Shown here: one piece after another, positions 48,171-58,760 of the stretch
Numbering within the stretch: the first letter of the stretch is position 1
How the letters are laid out: every line of letters starts with the position of its first letter
Source: Pirellulales bacterium
GTDB lineage: Bacteria > Planctomycetota > Planctomycetia > Pirellulales > JAICIG01
DNA length: 64,000 nucleotides
Assembly: GCA_040901675.1 (NCBI GenBank)
Contig: JBBDYJ010000011.1
Coordinates: 1-64,000 of the forward strand
Reading direction: 5' to 3'
Made by a program: the position numbers and the translations under genes
The notes under the pieces: model-generated
Told to the model about the DNA's origin: nothing
Database searches by the model: none
The model's input: the letters and a program-made list of their open reading frames with translations, nothing else

Positions 48171-49553
48171 TTACCGGCGCTTGATCGCTTGGAACAGCGA
48201 AACCAACGCTTGGCCGGACAACAGAGCGAGGATCGGCACCAGCGGAAGGCGGAAGCGGTGATAGCCCGCTGGCCCGCCCGACAAGGCAAGCAAGCACAGC
48301 GCGACGAGACATAACAGAACCAGCGGCTCGCTCTTCCAGGCGCGAGTGGTCAACAGGCCGGCAAGCGATAACACCAGGTACGCCATCAGCACGATCCGCA
48401 GCACAGCGTGGATCGCCACCTCCCAGGGACGCGTGCGAATCGCCCTGCCCAGCCGATCGAGCAGCCCGGCCGGCCTGCCCGCAACCGGTTCGGCCCCAGG
48501 TTTTCTCAGCCCAAAAAAATCGACATAAGCGCTCGTGCCCACGTCGAACATCGTTCCACGTACTCCCTCCAGGTGGATCCGGACGAAACCCCACGGATCG
48601 TCGCGCACGATCCGCAAAGCCTCGGACCGCAGGAATTCGTAGCAGCGGGCATCGTTCCACCCGCGCTGCTCCGGGTGCAGGCGATAATAGACCGCCTCGC
48701 TGCGGTAGCCGAGCTGCTGCTGCACCAAGTCGAGCGGCTGCGCCTGCTGCCGAGCCAGCACAGCCGCGGCCTGGTAGTAGTAGAGGTTGACGTCGGCGAT
48801 GGCCGCGAACCGCGGGTAATCCGCCACGGCATAGTTCCGCACCTGCCAGGCGCCCAGAAGCGCCATCGACAACAGGCCGAAGCCAGCAGCCTGGCCAAGC
48901 CGCTTCAGCCGCTGGTCCGCGTGCCGCCAGACCAGGACCGCCAGGGCCGCGGCCACCATGGCCGGCAGGAAATACCCGATCGGCCGGACGTAGACGGCGG
49001 CGGCCAGCGCCAGCGCCGACGCAGCCAGCTCGCGCCACGACAACGATCGCAAGTATCGAATCAGCAACAGGCCAAAGGCCGCCAGCAAGGTAGTGAAAAG
49101 CGATTCGGTCAAGAGCTTGCCGGCATAGAGCACGCTTAACGGCTCGCAGGCGTACAACAGCCCGGCGGCGAACGCCGCGTCGGTTCGATCGAAAAGCACC
49201 TTGGCGGTTTGGAACACCAGCCAGGCCGTCAGGCAGCCCAGGCCGATCTGCAGCGCGATCGTCACCCCGTCGACGTGCCCGGCCAGGACTCCAATCGACA
49301 GAAACAGCGGGTAGCCGGGCGTGCGGGCCAGCTCGGGCTTTCCGCGGTTGCTGAAGCCCTGCCGCTCGACGAGCTTCTCGGCCAGGTCGATGTAACCATA
49401 GCTGTCCGGCTCACGCGTCAATGGGCCGCGAGGCGTGACGGCCAGCGCCACCAGCGGCGCCGCCAACCGCAGGGCCAGGGCCACGAGCAAAACAACGACG
49501 AGCGGTCGCGCGCGGCAGCAGGTCGATCGAGGCCTGAAGTCCGGCAGGTTCAC
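48171..49553 (-). CDS. GT39/ArnT-like membrane glycosyltransferase
   Basis: PDSYGY, RTPGYPLFL, LTESLF, RFRLP; multiple TM helices. Confidence 0.85.
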   Translation of the reverse strand: MNLPDFRPRSTCCRARPLVVVLLVALALRLAAPLVALAVTPRGPLTREPDSYGYIDLAEKLVERQGFSNRGKPELARTPGYPLFLSIGVLAGHVDGVTIALQIGLGCLTAWLVFQTAKVLFDRTDAAFAAGLLYACEPLSVLYAGKLLTESLFTTLLAAFGLLLIRYLRSLSWRELAASALALAAAVYVRPIGYFLPAMVAAALAVLVWRHADQRLKRLGQAAGFGLLSMALLGAWQVRNYAVADYPRFAAIADVNLYYYQAAAVLARQQAQPLDLVQQQLGYRSEAVYYRLHPEQRGWNDARCYEFLRSEALRIVRDDPWGFVRIHLEGVRGTMFDVGTSAYVDFFGLRKPGAEPVAGRPAGLLDRLGRAIRTRPWEVAIHAVLRIVLMAYLVLSLAGLLTTRAWKSEPLVLLCLVALCLLALSGGPAGYHRFRLPLVPILALLSGQALVSLFQAIKRR

Positions 49554-49575
49554 GGCGCGGCAGCCCAACGGCGAG

Positions 49576-50823
49576 TCATGGCTCTTCGATACGGTATAGA
49601 TGCGTGGCCGTCCGCAGGAAGATGGCGCCGTCGGAAACGGCCAGCGAGGCCAGCGTGCGGCCCTGCACCTGGTTGGAAGCCAGCTTCTTGAACTCGCGAC
49701 TGGGGGCGATGACGGTGGTCAACCCTTCTTCGCTGAGAAAATAAATCCGCCCATCGGCGAAGATCGGCGAGGCCGCATAGTTGCCGCCGATTCGCTGTTG
49801 CCAACGCTCTTGCCCGCTGCGGGCGTCGGCGCAGGTGGCAATTCCGTTGTCGCTGATAAAGTACAGCTCGTCGCCGACCAGCAAAGGCGACGGATTGTGC
49901 GGAACGTTTCTTCGTATCGTCCACTCGATGTGCGTCTCGGTCACGTCGCCTGCGCCGTCGGGCCGGATGGCATACAGAAGCGGCGTGTCGTAGCCGGTGC
50001 AGACATACACCAGCCCATGCCCGAAGACCGGCCGAGGCACGAGCGAGTAGCCGTCGTGGCGGACCTTCCATGCCACTTCGCCGTTCGACGGATTGTAGGC
50101 GACCACCTGCTCGCCGGACGTGCTGATCAACAGGTCCTTCCCGCCGACCCGGATCACCAGCGGAGTCGAATAGGCCATCTGCCCGGGGCGTTCCATCTTC
50201 CAGCGAGTCGCGCCGCTCTTCTGGTCCAGGGCCGCGACAAATTGCACGTCCGTCCCATCACAATTCACAATCAGCAGGTCCTTGTACAGCACCGGCGATC
50301 CGGCTGGCCCATGACGATGGTCGTAAACCAGCTCCGTATTGCGCCACAGCACCTTTCCCTTCGTCGAAAGGCAGGCCATGCCGTGCGCGCCGTAGTGAAC
50401 ATAGACCCGGCTGCCTTGGACCACCGGCGTGGGAGATGCGTGGCTGTTCTTGTTGTGGATCGTTCCCGGCTCGGCCTTCTCGAACACCTCGACGTCGTGC
50501 AGTATCGAGCCGGTGTCGCGGTCGAGCGCCACCGCCCTCAGCGACCGCCCGTCGTCCAGTGCCGTCGTCAGCCAGATTTGCTTCCCCTGGATCGCCGGCG
50601 AAGACCAGCCCAAACCGGCGACGGGGACTTTCCAGGTGATGTTGCGGGTCTGGCCGTCGGCCGTTTCACTCCACGCCAGGGGCAGCCCTTTTTCCGAAGA
50701 GTGCCCCTGCCCACCGGGGCCGCGAAACTGCGGCCAGTCGGCCGCCGCGATGCGCCCGGCTGACCAGGCGCTGAGCAACAAAGCCATCAGCAGCAAGGCG
50801 GGCCAGGTGCGCGGCATCGGCAT
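49576..50823 (-). CDS. PQQ-like beta-propeller (BamB-like) protein
   Basis: DWPQFRGP.GQG, WK.PV.G.GWSSP, ASPTP, FLRT..HLY.I. Confidence 0.92.
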   Translation of the reverse strand: MPMPRTWPALLLMALLLSAWSAGRIAAADWPQFRGPGGQGHSSEKGLPLAWSETADGQTRNITWKVPVAGLGWSSPAIQGKQIWLTTALDDGRSLRAVALDRDTGSILHDVEVFEKAEPGTIHNKNSHASPTPVVQGSRVYVHYGAHGMACLSTKGKVLWRNTELVYDHRHGPAGSPVLYKDLLIVNCDGTDVQFVAALDQKSGATRWKMERPGQMAYSTPLVIRVGGKDLLISTSGEQVVAYNPSNGEVAWKVRHDGYSLVPRPVFGHGLVYVCTGYDTPLLYAIRPDGAGDVTETHIEWTIRRNVPHNPSPLLVGDELYFISDNGIATCADARSGQERWQQRIGGNYAASPIFADGRIYFLSEEGLTTVIAPSREFKKLASNQVQGRTLASLAVSDGAIFLRTATHLYRIEEP

Positions 50824-50946
50824 GGGATCCTCAAAACGGCGGGGAGCGACTTTCCGTGGCGGGACGCACAGGTTATGTTCGTCCATGCCTGGTGGTTTTG
50901 CAAGCCGAGCACGGTTGGACCGCTTTTCAATTGGACCGAGCGCAGG

Positions 50947-51894
50947 ATGAACCGCTATCAATCGTTGAAAGTACTGGCCCAGGTCGAGCCGGCCTGGGTC
51001 ATCGACGACCGTCCCACCGCCTTTACCGAAGGCCCCGCGGCCGATGCGGCCGGCAACGTCTACTTTACGGACATCCATAATAATCGCATTCTCAAGTGGT
51101 CTCGCGGCGGTCGTTGCAGCACGTTCCGCGAGCCGAGCGGCCGCACCAACGGCCAGACCTTCGATCACCAGGGCCGTCTGCTCCACTGCGAAGGGGCCGA
51201 GTTCGGTCCCGGCGGCGCCCGCCGTATCACGCGCACCGATCTGGCCTCCGGCGAGTACCTCGTGCTCACCGACCGATACGAGGAGGCCCGCTACAACTCG
51301 CCCAACGACATCTGCGTCGACGGCCGCGGCCGCATCTACTTTACCGACCCGCGCTACGGCGACCGCTTGGACATGGAAATGACCGTCGAGGGCGTCTACC
51401 GCATCGACCTCGACGGCCGCGTCACGCGGATCCTCACGCAGACCGAGATCGACCGGCCCAACGGGGTCGCCGTGACCCAGGATTCGCGGCTGCTCTATGT
51501 CGTCGACAGTTGCCCCGAGCGAGGCCGCAACCGCAAGCTGTGGGTCTTCGACCTCGACGATGCCGGCCACCCGCACAACCAGCGGCTGATCCACGACTTC
51601 GCCCCGGGCCGCGGCGGCGACGGCATGCGGCTCGACGTCGAGGGCAAGCTCTACGTGGCTGCCGGGGTCCACACGGCCCGGCACGACCGCGAGACGACCG
51701 ACGTGCCCACCGCAGTTTACGTTCTCTCGCCGGCGGCCGAATTGTTGGGTCGGATCCCCGTGCCCGACGATGTATTGACAAACGTGGCTTTCGGCGGCCC
51801 GGACGGCCGCACGTTGTATATCACTTCGGGCCGCACCCTGTTCACGACGCGCGTCAGCCAGCCCGGGCAAGTGGCGTACCCGGCCTGGCATTGA
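50947..51894 (+). CDS. SMP-30/gluconolactonase family protein
   Basis: FTEGP, NSPND, YFTDP, PNG, DGMRLD, TNVAFGG. Confidence 0.92.
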   Translation: MNRYQSLKVLAQVEPAWVIDDRPTAFTEGPAADAAGNVYFTDIHNNRILKWSRGGRCSTFREPSGRTNGQTFDHQGRLLHCEGAEFGPGGARRITRTDLASGEYLVLTDRYEEARYNSPNDICVDGRGRIYFTDPRYGDRLDMEMTVEGVYRIDLDGRVTRILTQTEIDRPNGVAVTQDSRLLYVVDSCPERGRNRKLWVFDLDDAGHPHNQRLIHDFAPGRGGDGMRLDVEGKLYVAAGVHTARHDRETTDVPTAVYVLSPAAELLGRIPVPDDVLTNVAFGGPDGRTLYITSGRTLFTTRVSQPGQVAYPAWH

Positions 51895-51912
51895 TTGCGG
51901 CAGCGACCGGGT

Positions 51913-51946
51913 GGGTGGCTGGGGCAAAGCGATAAGCGTGCCCCAG
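51913..51946. repeat. REP-like palindrome (insertion-free form of the 33095 element)
   Basis: GGGTGGCTGGGGCAAAGCGATAAGCGTGCCCCAG. Confidence 0.7.
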
Positions 51947-52009
51947 TTGCAATGTGAGGAAGGTTATTTTTCGGCCGATCCTTAACGCTCCTTCCTGGGA
52001 GTACACTAC

Positions 52010-54541
52010 ATGAGCAGGCTTTTTTTCTTTTTGCTAAGCGTGCCGGGGCTGGTTTTCGCGAACGCCTCGCCAGGCGCCGCCCAGGACGACCGCCCGGCGA
52101 GCGCGTCAAAAGCCGCCGATCGCGCGGCTCCGCTGGTGCGCCGGTTGCCGGGGCTCGACGACAGCGGGCAGATCCTGCTGCCCAACCAATGGTCGTTGCG
52201 CCCCGCCGGCAAGCAGATCAAGCTGGGCGACTTTCCCGTCCAGATCGTGCTGCACCCCAGCGAACCATGGGCGGCCATCGTGCACTGCGGCTACGGTGAG
52301 CATGAGATCATCGTGGTCGAGCTCAAGCGGCAGCGGGTAGTTTCCAGGACCACTTTGGAGCAGTCGTTTTACGGCCTCGCGTTCGACCCCCAGGGGAAGC
52401 GGCTGTTCGCCAGCGGCGCCGAGCACGAAGTGGTGCACCAGTTCGACTTCGCCGGCGGCTATCTCTCCGAACACCGGGAGCTGCCGGTGGGGCGGCCCGA
52501 CGAAACGTTCGTGCCGACCGGAATCACCTGCACTGCCGACGGCCGGACGCTCTATGTGGCCAACGCATGGGGACATACGCTCTGCCTCTTGCCCATCGAC
52601 GACCCGTCAAAACGGAGGCACATCTCGATGGGGGGCGACAGCTATCCTTATGCTTCGCTGGCCACGCCGGACCGCAAGCGGTTGTACGTGAGCCTGTGGG
52701 GGCAGGCGGCCGTGGCCTTGTTGAACCTGGAAACGCTGGAAGTCGACGCCCGCTGGCCGACCGAGTCCCATCCGACGGAGCTGGCCCTCTCGCCCGACGG
52801 GCGGCGGTTGTTCGTGGCTTGCGCCAACTCGAACACGGTCACCGTGCTCGACACGGCCAACGGCGAGCCGATGGAGGTCATCGCCAGCGCGCTCCACCCG
52901 CAGGCGCCCAGCGGCAGCACGCCCAACAGCCTGGCGCTGGGCGCCAACGGCAACGTGCTGTTGATCGCCAATGCCGACAACAACAACCTCGCCATGTTCA
53001 ACGTCAGCCAGCCGGGCCGCAGCCAGTCGATGGGCTTTATTCCCGTCGGCTGGTATCCGACGTCGGTCCGCTATGGCCCGGACAACCGCATCTACGTGGC
53101 CAACGGCAAGGGGCTGATGTCGCTGCCCAACCCCCGCGGTCCGCAGCCCTTGAACGATCCGCCGCAAACGATCCAGCAATACATCGGCGGCCTGTTCCGC
53201 GGAACCTTGAGCATCATCGAGGCCCCTTCGCCGGCCGACATGGCCCGCTATACCGAGCAGGCGTATCGCGCCAGCCCGCTCAAGGCCGATGCGTCGCCGG
53301 TGGCTGCTCCGGCCGAAGAGAACAACCCGATTCCCAGCCGGCTGGGCGACCCCAGCCCGATCAAGTATTGCTTGTACATCGTCAAGGAGAACCGCACCTA
53401 CGACCAGGTGTTCGGCGACGTGCCGGAGGGAAACGGCGACGCGGAGCTGTGCATCTTTCCCGAGCGCGTCACGCCCAACCACCATGCCCTGGCCCGCCAG
53501 TTCGTGCTGCTGGACAACTTTTATGTCGAGAGCGAGGTGAGTGCCGACGGCCACGAGTGGACCATGGGCGCCTACGCCAGCGACTTTGTCGAAAAGACCT
53601 GGCCGCTGGTCTACCGGGGCGGCAAGGACAAGCTGAAGTATCCCAGCGAGGGGGCGACGTTCATGGCCACGCCGGCCGGCGGCTACATCTGGGACCGCTG
53701 CCTGGAAGCGGGCGTCAGCTACCGCAGCTACGGCGAGTTCATCGACAACGGACCGACTCCCGACGATCCGGGCAGGGCGGCGGTCAAGGCGCTCGAAGGG
53801 CACTTCGACCCGCTGTTCCGCAGCTACGACTTGGACTATCTCGACATCAAGCGCACCGAGCGGTTCATCGAGGAGTTGAAGGGTTTTGAGCGCGCCGGCG
53901 AGATGCCCCAGTTCATTGTGCTGCGGCTGCCCAACGATCACACCTACGGCCTGTCGGCGGGCAAGCGCACGCCGACCGCCATGGTGGCCGACAACGACCT
54001 GGCCCTCGGCCGGCTGGTCGAGGCGGTCACCCAGAGCAAGTTCTGGCCTCAGACGGCGATCTTCGTGGTCGAGGACGACGCCCAGAACGGCTCGGACCAC
54101 GTCGACGCCCACCGCACCGTGGCCCTGGTGATCAGCCCCTACACCAGGCGGAACTACGTCGACTCGACCATGTATTCCACGGCCAGCATGCTGCGGACCA
54201 TGGAGCTGATCCTGGGGCTGAAGCCGATGAGCCAGTTCGACGCGGCGGCCCGGCCCATGTACGCCTCGTTCCAGGCCGAGCCCGACACCAGCGGCTACCG
54301 CCACTTGCCCTCCAACGTCGATCTGGAAGAGCGCAATCCCGAGCAAGGCTGGGGCGCCGAGCAATCGGCCCGGCTCGACTTCAGCCGCGAGGACGCCGCC
54401 GACGATCTCATATTGAACGCGCTGGTCTGGAAGAGCGTCCGCGGCCCTGATTCCCGCATGCCTCCCCCCGTGCGTGCCAGCTTCGTCTTCGTCCACGGAG
54501 AGGAAGAGGAAGAAGAGGAACGCGAACGACTTGATGAATAA
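52010..54541 (+). CDS. YncE/YVTN beta-propeller plus phosphoesterase (alkaline phosphatase-like) protein
   Basis: GFIPVGWYPT, YIVKENRTYDQV.GD, SADGH, LPNDHT, EDDAQNGSDHVD. Confidence 0.92.
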   Translation: MSRLFFFLLSVPGLVFANASPGAAQDDRPASASKAADRAAPLVRRLPGLDDSGQILLPNQWSLRPAGKQIKLGDFPVQIVLHPSEPWAAIVHCGYGEHEIIVVELKRQRVVSRTTLEQSFYGLAFDPQGKRLFASGAEHEVVHQFDFAGGYLSEHRELPVGRPDETFVPTGITCTADGRTLYVANAWGHTLCLLPIDDPSKRRHISMGGDSYPYASLATPDRKRLYVSLWGQAAVALLNLETLEVDARWPTESHPTELALSPDGRRLFVACANSNTVTVLDTANGEPMEVIASALHPQAPSGSTPNSLALGANGNVLLIANADNNNLAMFNVSQPGRSQSMGFIPVGWYPTSVRYGPDNRIYVANGKGLMSLPNPRGPQPLNDPPQTIQQYIGGLFRGTLSIIEAPSPADMARYTEQAYRASPLKADASPVAAPAEENNPIPSRLGDPSPIKYCLYIVKENRTYDQVFGDVPEGNGDAELCIFPERVTPNHHALARQFVLLDNFYVESEVSADGHEWTMGAYASDFVEKTWPLVYRGGKDKLKYPSEGATFMATPAGGYIWDRCLEAGVSYRSYGEFIDNGPTPDDPGRAAVKALEGHFDPLFRSYDLDYLDIKRTERFIEELKGFERAGEMPQFIVLRLPNDHTYGLSAGKRTPTAMVADNDLALGRLVEAVTQSKFWPQTAIFVVEDDAQNGSDHVDAHRTVALVISPYTRRNYVDSTMYSTASMLRTMELILGLKPMSQFDAAARPMYASFQAEPDTSGYRHLPSNVDLEERNPEQGWGAEQSARLDFSREDAADDLILNALVWKSVRGPDSRMPPPVRASFVFVHGEEEEEEERERLDE

Positions 54542-54590
54542 GGTGGCCTTGAGATGTTTCCAGACTTGTAACGTGGGCTACAATAGCGAT

Positions 54591-54860
54591 ATGGCACCAA
54601 AACTGTCTGACGAACAACGACAGGCGCTTGCCCGGCGGCCCGACGCGCCACTTGAGGTGGAGGATCCGGAAACGCATGGCAAATATGCCCTAGTCCGGAT
54701 GGACGTCTACGAGCAAATGCAAAAGGTCCCTTCCTACGGAGACACGTCGCCGGATCCGCGTGAGTTCTATCCAGCCTTCCTGGACGCGGTGAAGAACGAC
54801 CTCGATGCCCCGGGGATGGAAGAGTACGATAACTATAAGCCTCCCCAAGCGGAAACATGA
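54591..54860 (+). CDS. Small antitoxin-like hypothetical protein
   Basis: KLSDEQRQAL..VEDPET..Y.LV..YE..D.PGMEEYDNY; TACAAT 6 nt upstream of the ATG. Confidence 0.65.
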   Translation: MAPKLSDEQRQALARRPDAPLEVEDPETHGKYALVRMDVYEQMQKVPSYGDTSPDPREFYPAFLDAVKNDLDAPGMEEYDNYKPPQAET

Positions 54861-55405
54861 GCGTCCACCGCAAGGCACCCCAACTGCCTGAGGCACCACC
54901 ACACGCGCTGGCGCACCCCAAGTATCGCGGCTACTATATGGTCGCGTTTGGCGCCACAATTTGCTTAACGGTGCTTGTATATGCTGTCCTTGTTCTTAAT
55001 CGTGCTCATGGTCAACAGCAAGCGGTAGGCGCTATCCGTGGCTTGGGAGGCGACGTATCTTATGAGATCGAGGTCGAGGACGATTCCGGCCGAATTGCGC
55101 CGCCCGTCTCCCAGAGGAGTCGGCTTTCCTTGGTCTTTGGAGGGACGTTTTTTGAATCGGTTGTCATCGTCGATTTTTCGGGCACCGACATCACCGATTC
55201 GGACCTGCGGCATCTCCGGCACCTTCCCGACGCGCGACTGGTGATTCTGGCAGGGACGAGAATCTCTGACGAGGGATTGAAAGACGTGAAACAGCTTGAG
55301 CAACTCATCGAAGTGCATCTTGATGGCACCCATGTAACGGCAACTGGAATCGATGAACTGCGTCGAGCAAGGCCGGATTTGACGGTCATGTGGAAGGGCA
55401 ACTAA
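54857..55405 (+). CDS. Membrane-anchored leucine-rich-repeat protein
   Basis: TM helix, QQQAVGAIRGLGG.V, LAGTRISDEGL, LDGTHVTATGI; lower GC than neighbours. Confidence 0.75.
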   Translation: MSVHRKAPQLPEAPPHALAHPKYRGYYMVAFGATICLTVLVYAVLVLNRAHGQQQAVGAIRGLGGDVSYEIEVEDDSGRIAPPVSQRSRLSLVFGGTFFESVVIVDFSGTDITDSDLRHLRHLPDARLVILAGTRISDEGLKDVKQLEQLIEVHLDGTHVTATGIDELRRARPDLTVMWKGN

Positions 55406-55415
55406 TGCTTACTGG

Positions 55416-55441
55416 CCGGAACTCTGGCGAGTTCCGCTACG
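55416..55441. repeat. REP-like palindrome related to the 1574/1648 copies
   Basis: CCGGAACTCTGGCGAGTTCCGCTACG. Confidence 0.75.
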
Positions 55442-55469
55442 GGCAGGCGTTCTACGGGAGGACGAGTTG

Positions 55470-56795
55470 CTACGGATCGATCACGATCAGCGGTGGGCCT
55501 TCGAGCGAACGCGTGTGCACGAGCATCAATTGGCCGAACTCGCGGTTCACTACGTTGAGCGCCTCTTGCGTCGCCGCCCCGTGCCGCAAGGCAAGCCGCA
55601 CTAAGTCCGCATCAGGGTTCAATCCGAGCTTGCGCATCTGATCCAGCGCTTCGGCAACCGTGGGGTCGGCGGCCAACTGATCCACCGTCTCGGCCTTCAC
55701 ACCGTTAGGGTCGACCGACGCGGTGTGCCGCCAGACCGCCTTCCACGCGCCATCCGGCATCCGAGCCAGAAAAGTGCCCACCACCGTCACCTGCCTGCCG
55801 CGGACCTGTTCGAGCTCGGTGATCCGCAGGCCGCGCGCGCCTTCGGCCTCGGCCTCGCGGATGGCCTGGCTGAATGCTTTCTCGCTCCGTGCCGGGTTGC
55901 CGGCTCCCGCTTGAGGCTGCGGATTGAGCAACTCGGCCAGTTGCCCCTCCAGTTGCTCCGCCAAGAGACCGCCGAGCAACTGGCCCAGCCCTGGCCGCCC
56001 CTGGCCGCTGTCTTCCCGCACCAGAACGCCCCCGGTGCCCTGGAAGTGCGGTTTGCCCAGGATCTGGTATTCGACCAGCCCGACCTTGGCGGCCCACTGG
56101 CGGTCGTCCAAAAGCGTGGTGCCAAGGTGGTCCGACAAGTCCGGCTGTGCGCCATCCACGTCGACTCCCATGGCCGTCAGTTTGCGCACTACGGCGGCTG
56201 CCGCCATCGGCTCCGGATCGGCCAGGTTGCTGAGCCAGGCGAGCGCCAGCAGGCGGCGCGTGTCAGGCGGTTGAATGTGGTGGCGAAAGACATCGCCGGC
56301 GGGAACCTCGATCACCAGGATCGGCGCAGGCGGCGGCGGCTGGCGCTGGACTTCGGCCAAACGCTCACGGACGTCCTCAAGCGCCTGGTCCAGGTAGCCT
56401 TGCAGCCGCTCGTCGGTGCTGCGCTGGCGCCACTCGATCGTCCGCCGCTCGAGCTGTTCCAGTGCTCGCCTGGGCCGCTCCTCTTCGCCCGCCACGGCCG
56501 TGCGGTAAAGCTCAGGCTCGTGCCGGCGGAGCCACTCGCGGCGGACCAACAGCGTCCAGCGCCCACTGGAGGCTGGACCCGCCAGCATGCCCAACAGCCG
56601 CTGGCCGCCGCGGAGCGTTAACACGTCGACCACGCGCTGGCCGGCCGGGTACGATCGCTTGGCACGGGCCGGCGCCTGGGCCGCGGAGGGAAGTGCCGCC
56701 AGAACCACGGCCGCCGCCAAGAGTCCACCCGCCAGCGCCGACCGCCGCCAAGCCGCGGCTGAACGGACGAGGCGGAGTCGATCGGGCGGGCGCAT
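55470..56795 (-). CDS. Secreted hypothetical protein
   Basis: Long ORF with signal-like N-terminus, co-oriented with neighbours. Confidence 0.75.
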   Translation of the reverse strand: MRPPDRLRLVRSAAAWRRSALAGGLLAAAVVLAALPSAAQAPARAKRSYPAGQRVVDVLTLRGGQRLLGMLAGPASSGRWTLLVRREWLRRHEPELYRTAVAGEEERPRRALEQLERRTIEWRQRSTDERLQGYLDQALEDVRERLAEVQRQPPPPAPILVIEVPAGDVFRHHIQPPDTRRLLALAWLSNLADPEPMAAAAVVRKLTAMGVDVDGAQPDLSDHLGTTLLDDRQWAAKVGLVEYQILGKPHFQGTGGVLVREDSGQGRPGLGQLLGGLLAEQLEGQLAELLNPQPQAGAGNPARSEKAFSQAIREAEAEGARGLRITELEQVRGRQVTVVGTFLARMPDGAWKAVWRHTASVDPNGVKAETVDQLAADPTVAEALDQMRKLGLNPDADLVRLALRHGAATQEALNVVNREFGQLMLVHTRSLEGPPLIVIDP

Positions 56796-56800
56796 GGCAG

Positions 56801-57319
56801 CTACTCTTCGATTCCGGGATCCTGGGGCTCTTCGAGCTGGGGGTCGTCGGGCTCCCCTTCGGGAAACGGATCATCCTCCGGCGGCGCCACATCGGCTGCA
56901 TCGTCGTCCTGCGCTCCGCTGCCTCCGGCCAGGGTTTTGCCAAGAGCACGCGAGACCGCGCTTCCCAGGCCCCGCAATGTTTGGCCGCCTGGTTCGACCG
57001 TCTCTCCGTCCGAGCCGGTGGAGGCGTCGTCCGGGGCCACTTGGCTGGGCGCACTACCTGCAGGCTCCTCGCTACGCGAACGATCCGCCGCGGCCCCGCG
57101 GCCGGCTTCTCCCAATGCCGGACCACGTTGCTGCTGCACGGGGGCCGGCGCGCCGGCCTGCTCGGCGTTGTCCGGGGCTTGCCTGGAATCCTCGGCCGGT
57201 GGGTTTGCGTTGCCTGGTCCAGGGGGTTGTAAATCGCGAGGGGCTGCCGGCTTGCCGCTGTCGCAACCCAGTGCCATGCTCAGCATCAGCGGTGCCACCC
57301 AACGGGTAACTTTGATCAT
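56801..57319 (-). CDS. Low-complexity lipoprotein
   Basis: AAGGAG RBS; lipobox ALGC; acidic, Pro-rich body. Confidence 0.7.
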   Translation of the reverse strand: MIKVTRWVAPLMLSMALGCDSGKPAAPRDLQPPGPGNANPPAEDSRQAPDNAEQAGAPAPVQQQRGPALGEAGRGAAADRSRSEEPAGSAPSQVAPDDASTGSDGETVEPGGQTLRGLGSAVSRALGKTLAGGSGAQDDDAADVAPPEDDPFPEGEPDDPQLEEPQDPGIEE

Positions 57320-57444
57320 CGTTTCACTCCTTTGTCCCAGATGGTTGTAAAGCTGGTTTGGTGGAGGCGCGGCGTTTTTTTGGCCCGCATCCGTACACCA
57401 ATCCACCGCGCAGGGTACTCGCTGGCGGCCGAAAAGTAAAACGC

Positions 57445-58530
57445 TCATCCGCGAAATTCGCGCATGAAGTCGCGCAAGGCCTCGACCCCCTCGATCGGCA
57501 TGGCGTTGTAGATCGAGGCGCGAATACCCCCCACCGAGCGGTGTCCCTTCAGCTCGCAAAGGCCGCGGGACCGGGCCTCCCGCAAGAACGCGGCCTGCGC
57601 CTCGTCGCCTGGCAGGCGGAAGGTGACGTTCATCATCGAGCGGCTGTCCGCATCGGCGTGGCCGCGATAGAACCCGCCGCTCTGGTCGATCGCCTCGTAC
57701 AGCATGCCGGCCTTGCGGCGATTGAGCTGGGCCATCTTTTCCAGGCCGCCGACGTCGCCCAGCAGCCAGCGGGTCACCAGCATCACCAGGTACACGGCGA
57801 ACACGGGCGGCGTGTTCAACAACGACTTCTCCTTGGCGTGCAAGCGGTAGTCGAGCACCGTCGGCAGCCCCGCGGGGGCCCGTTCCATAAGGTCGTTGCG
57901 AATGACGACGATGGTCACGCCGGCCGGCCCGGCGTTTTTCTGCGCACAGGCGTAGATCAGCCCATAGCGGTCGATGGGCAGCGGGCGGCAGAGGAAATCG
58001 CTGGAAGCGTCGCAGACCAGCGGCACGTCGCCCGCTTCGGGCTCGGCGGCGAACTGGACGCCCTGGATGGTTTCGTTCGAGGTGAAGTGCAGGTAGGCCG
58101 CCCGCGGATCGGCATCGATCTGGCCCGCCCTGGGCAGCCGGGTGAAGTTGGTCGGCTTGCCGTCGAAGGCCGCGCGGACGTTGCCTTCGCGTGCCGCCTC
58201 TTCCATGGCCATCTTGCCCCACGATCCGGTCACGATGTAGTCGGCAGTTTTTCCGCTGGCCCGCAACAGGTTCATCGGCACCATCGAGAACTGCAGCCTG
58301 GCGCCGCCCTGCAAGAACAGGACCTGGTAGTCCGGCCCGATTGCCAGCAATTGCCGCAAGTTCTTCTGGGTTTCGGCCAGCACTCCCTCGAACCAACTGG
58401 AGCGGTGACTGATCTCCAGGGCAGAGATGCCGATTCCGGGGAGCGACAACAGCTCATCCTGGGCTTGCTTCAGGACAGCAAGCGGCATGACCGCGGGACC
58501 GGGTGAGAAGTTATAGACACGAGGTTCCAT
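57445..58530 (-). CDS. serC: Phosphoserine aminotransferase
   Basis: YNFSPGPA, EISHRS, FLQGGA, SNETIQG, AQKNAGPAG, NTPP, GHRSVGGIRASIYNA. Confidence 0.97.
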   Translation of the reverse strand: MEPRVYNFSPGPAVMPLAVLKQAQDELLSLPGIGISALEISHRSSWFEGVLAETQKNLRQLLAIGPDYQVLFLQGGARLQFSMVPMNLLRASGKTADYIVTGSWGKMAMEEAAREGNVRAAFDGKPTNFTRLPRAGQIDADPRAAYLHFTSNETIQGVQFAAEPEAGDVPLVCDASSDFLCRPLPIDRYGLIYACAQKNAGPAGVTIVVIRNDLMERAPAGLPTVLDYRLHAKEKSLLNTPPVFAVYLVMLVTRWLLGDVGGLEKMAQLNRRKAGMLYEAIDQSGGFYRGHADADSRSMMNVTFRLPGDEAQAAFLREARSRGLCELKGHRSVGGIRASIYNAMPIEGVEALRDFMREFRG

Positions 58531-58760
58531 GGTCCAGGCCGTCACTCCAGGATGTCTTGTAGAAACCGGCCGCCGCGCCGCTGCACCGTTGGGGCCCGAA
58601 CGGCCCGACTGGCACCGGGCAAACCGCCGCCGCGAATCCAGAATGATAAACGGCGGCCGCCGCCAAGACCAGGACAAGGGCTCCCACCGCCGCGTCAGCC
58701 CTTCCCGACGGGGCCCAATGCTTTGACCCAGCCGCTCAAAGCCAGGTTCGCGTTGATCGA

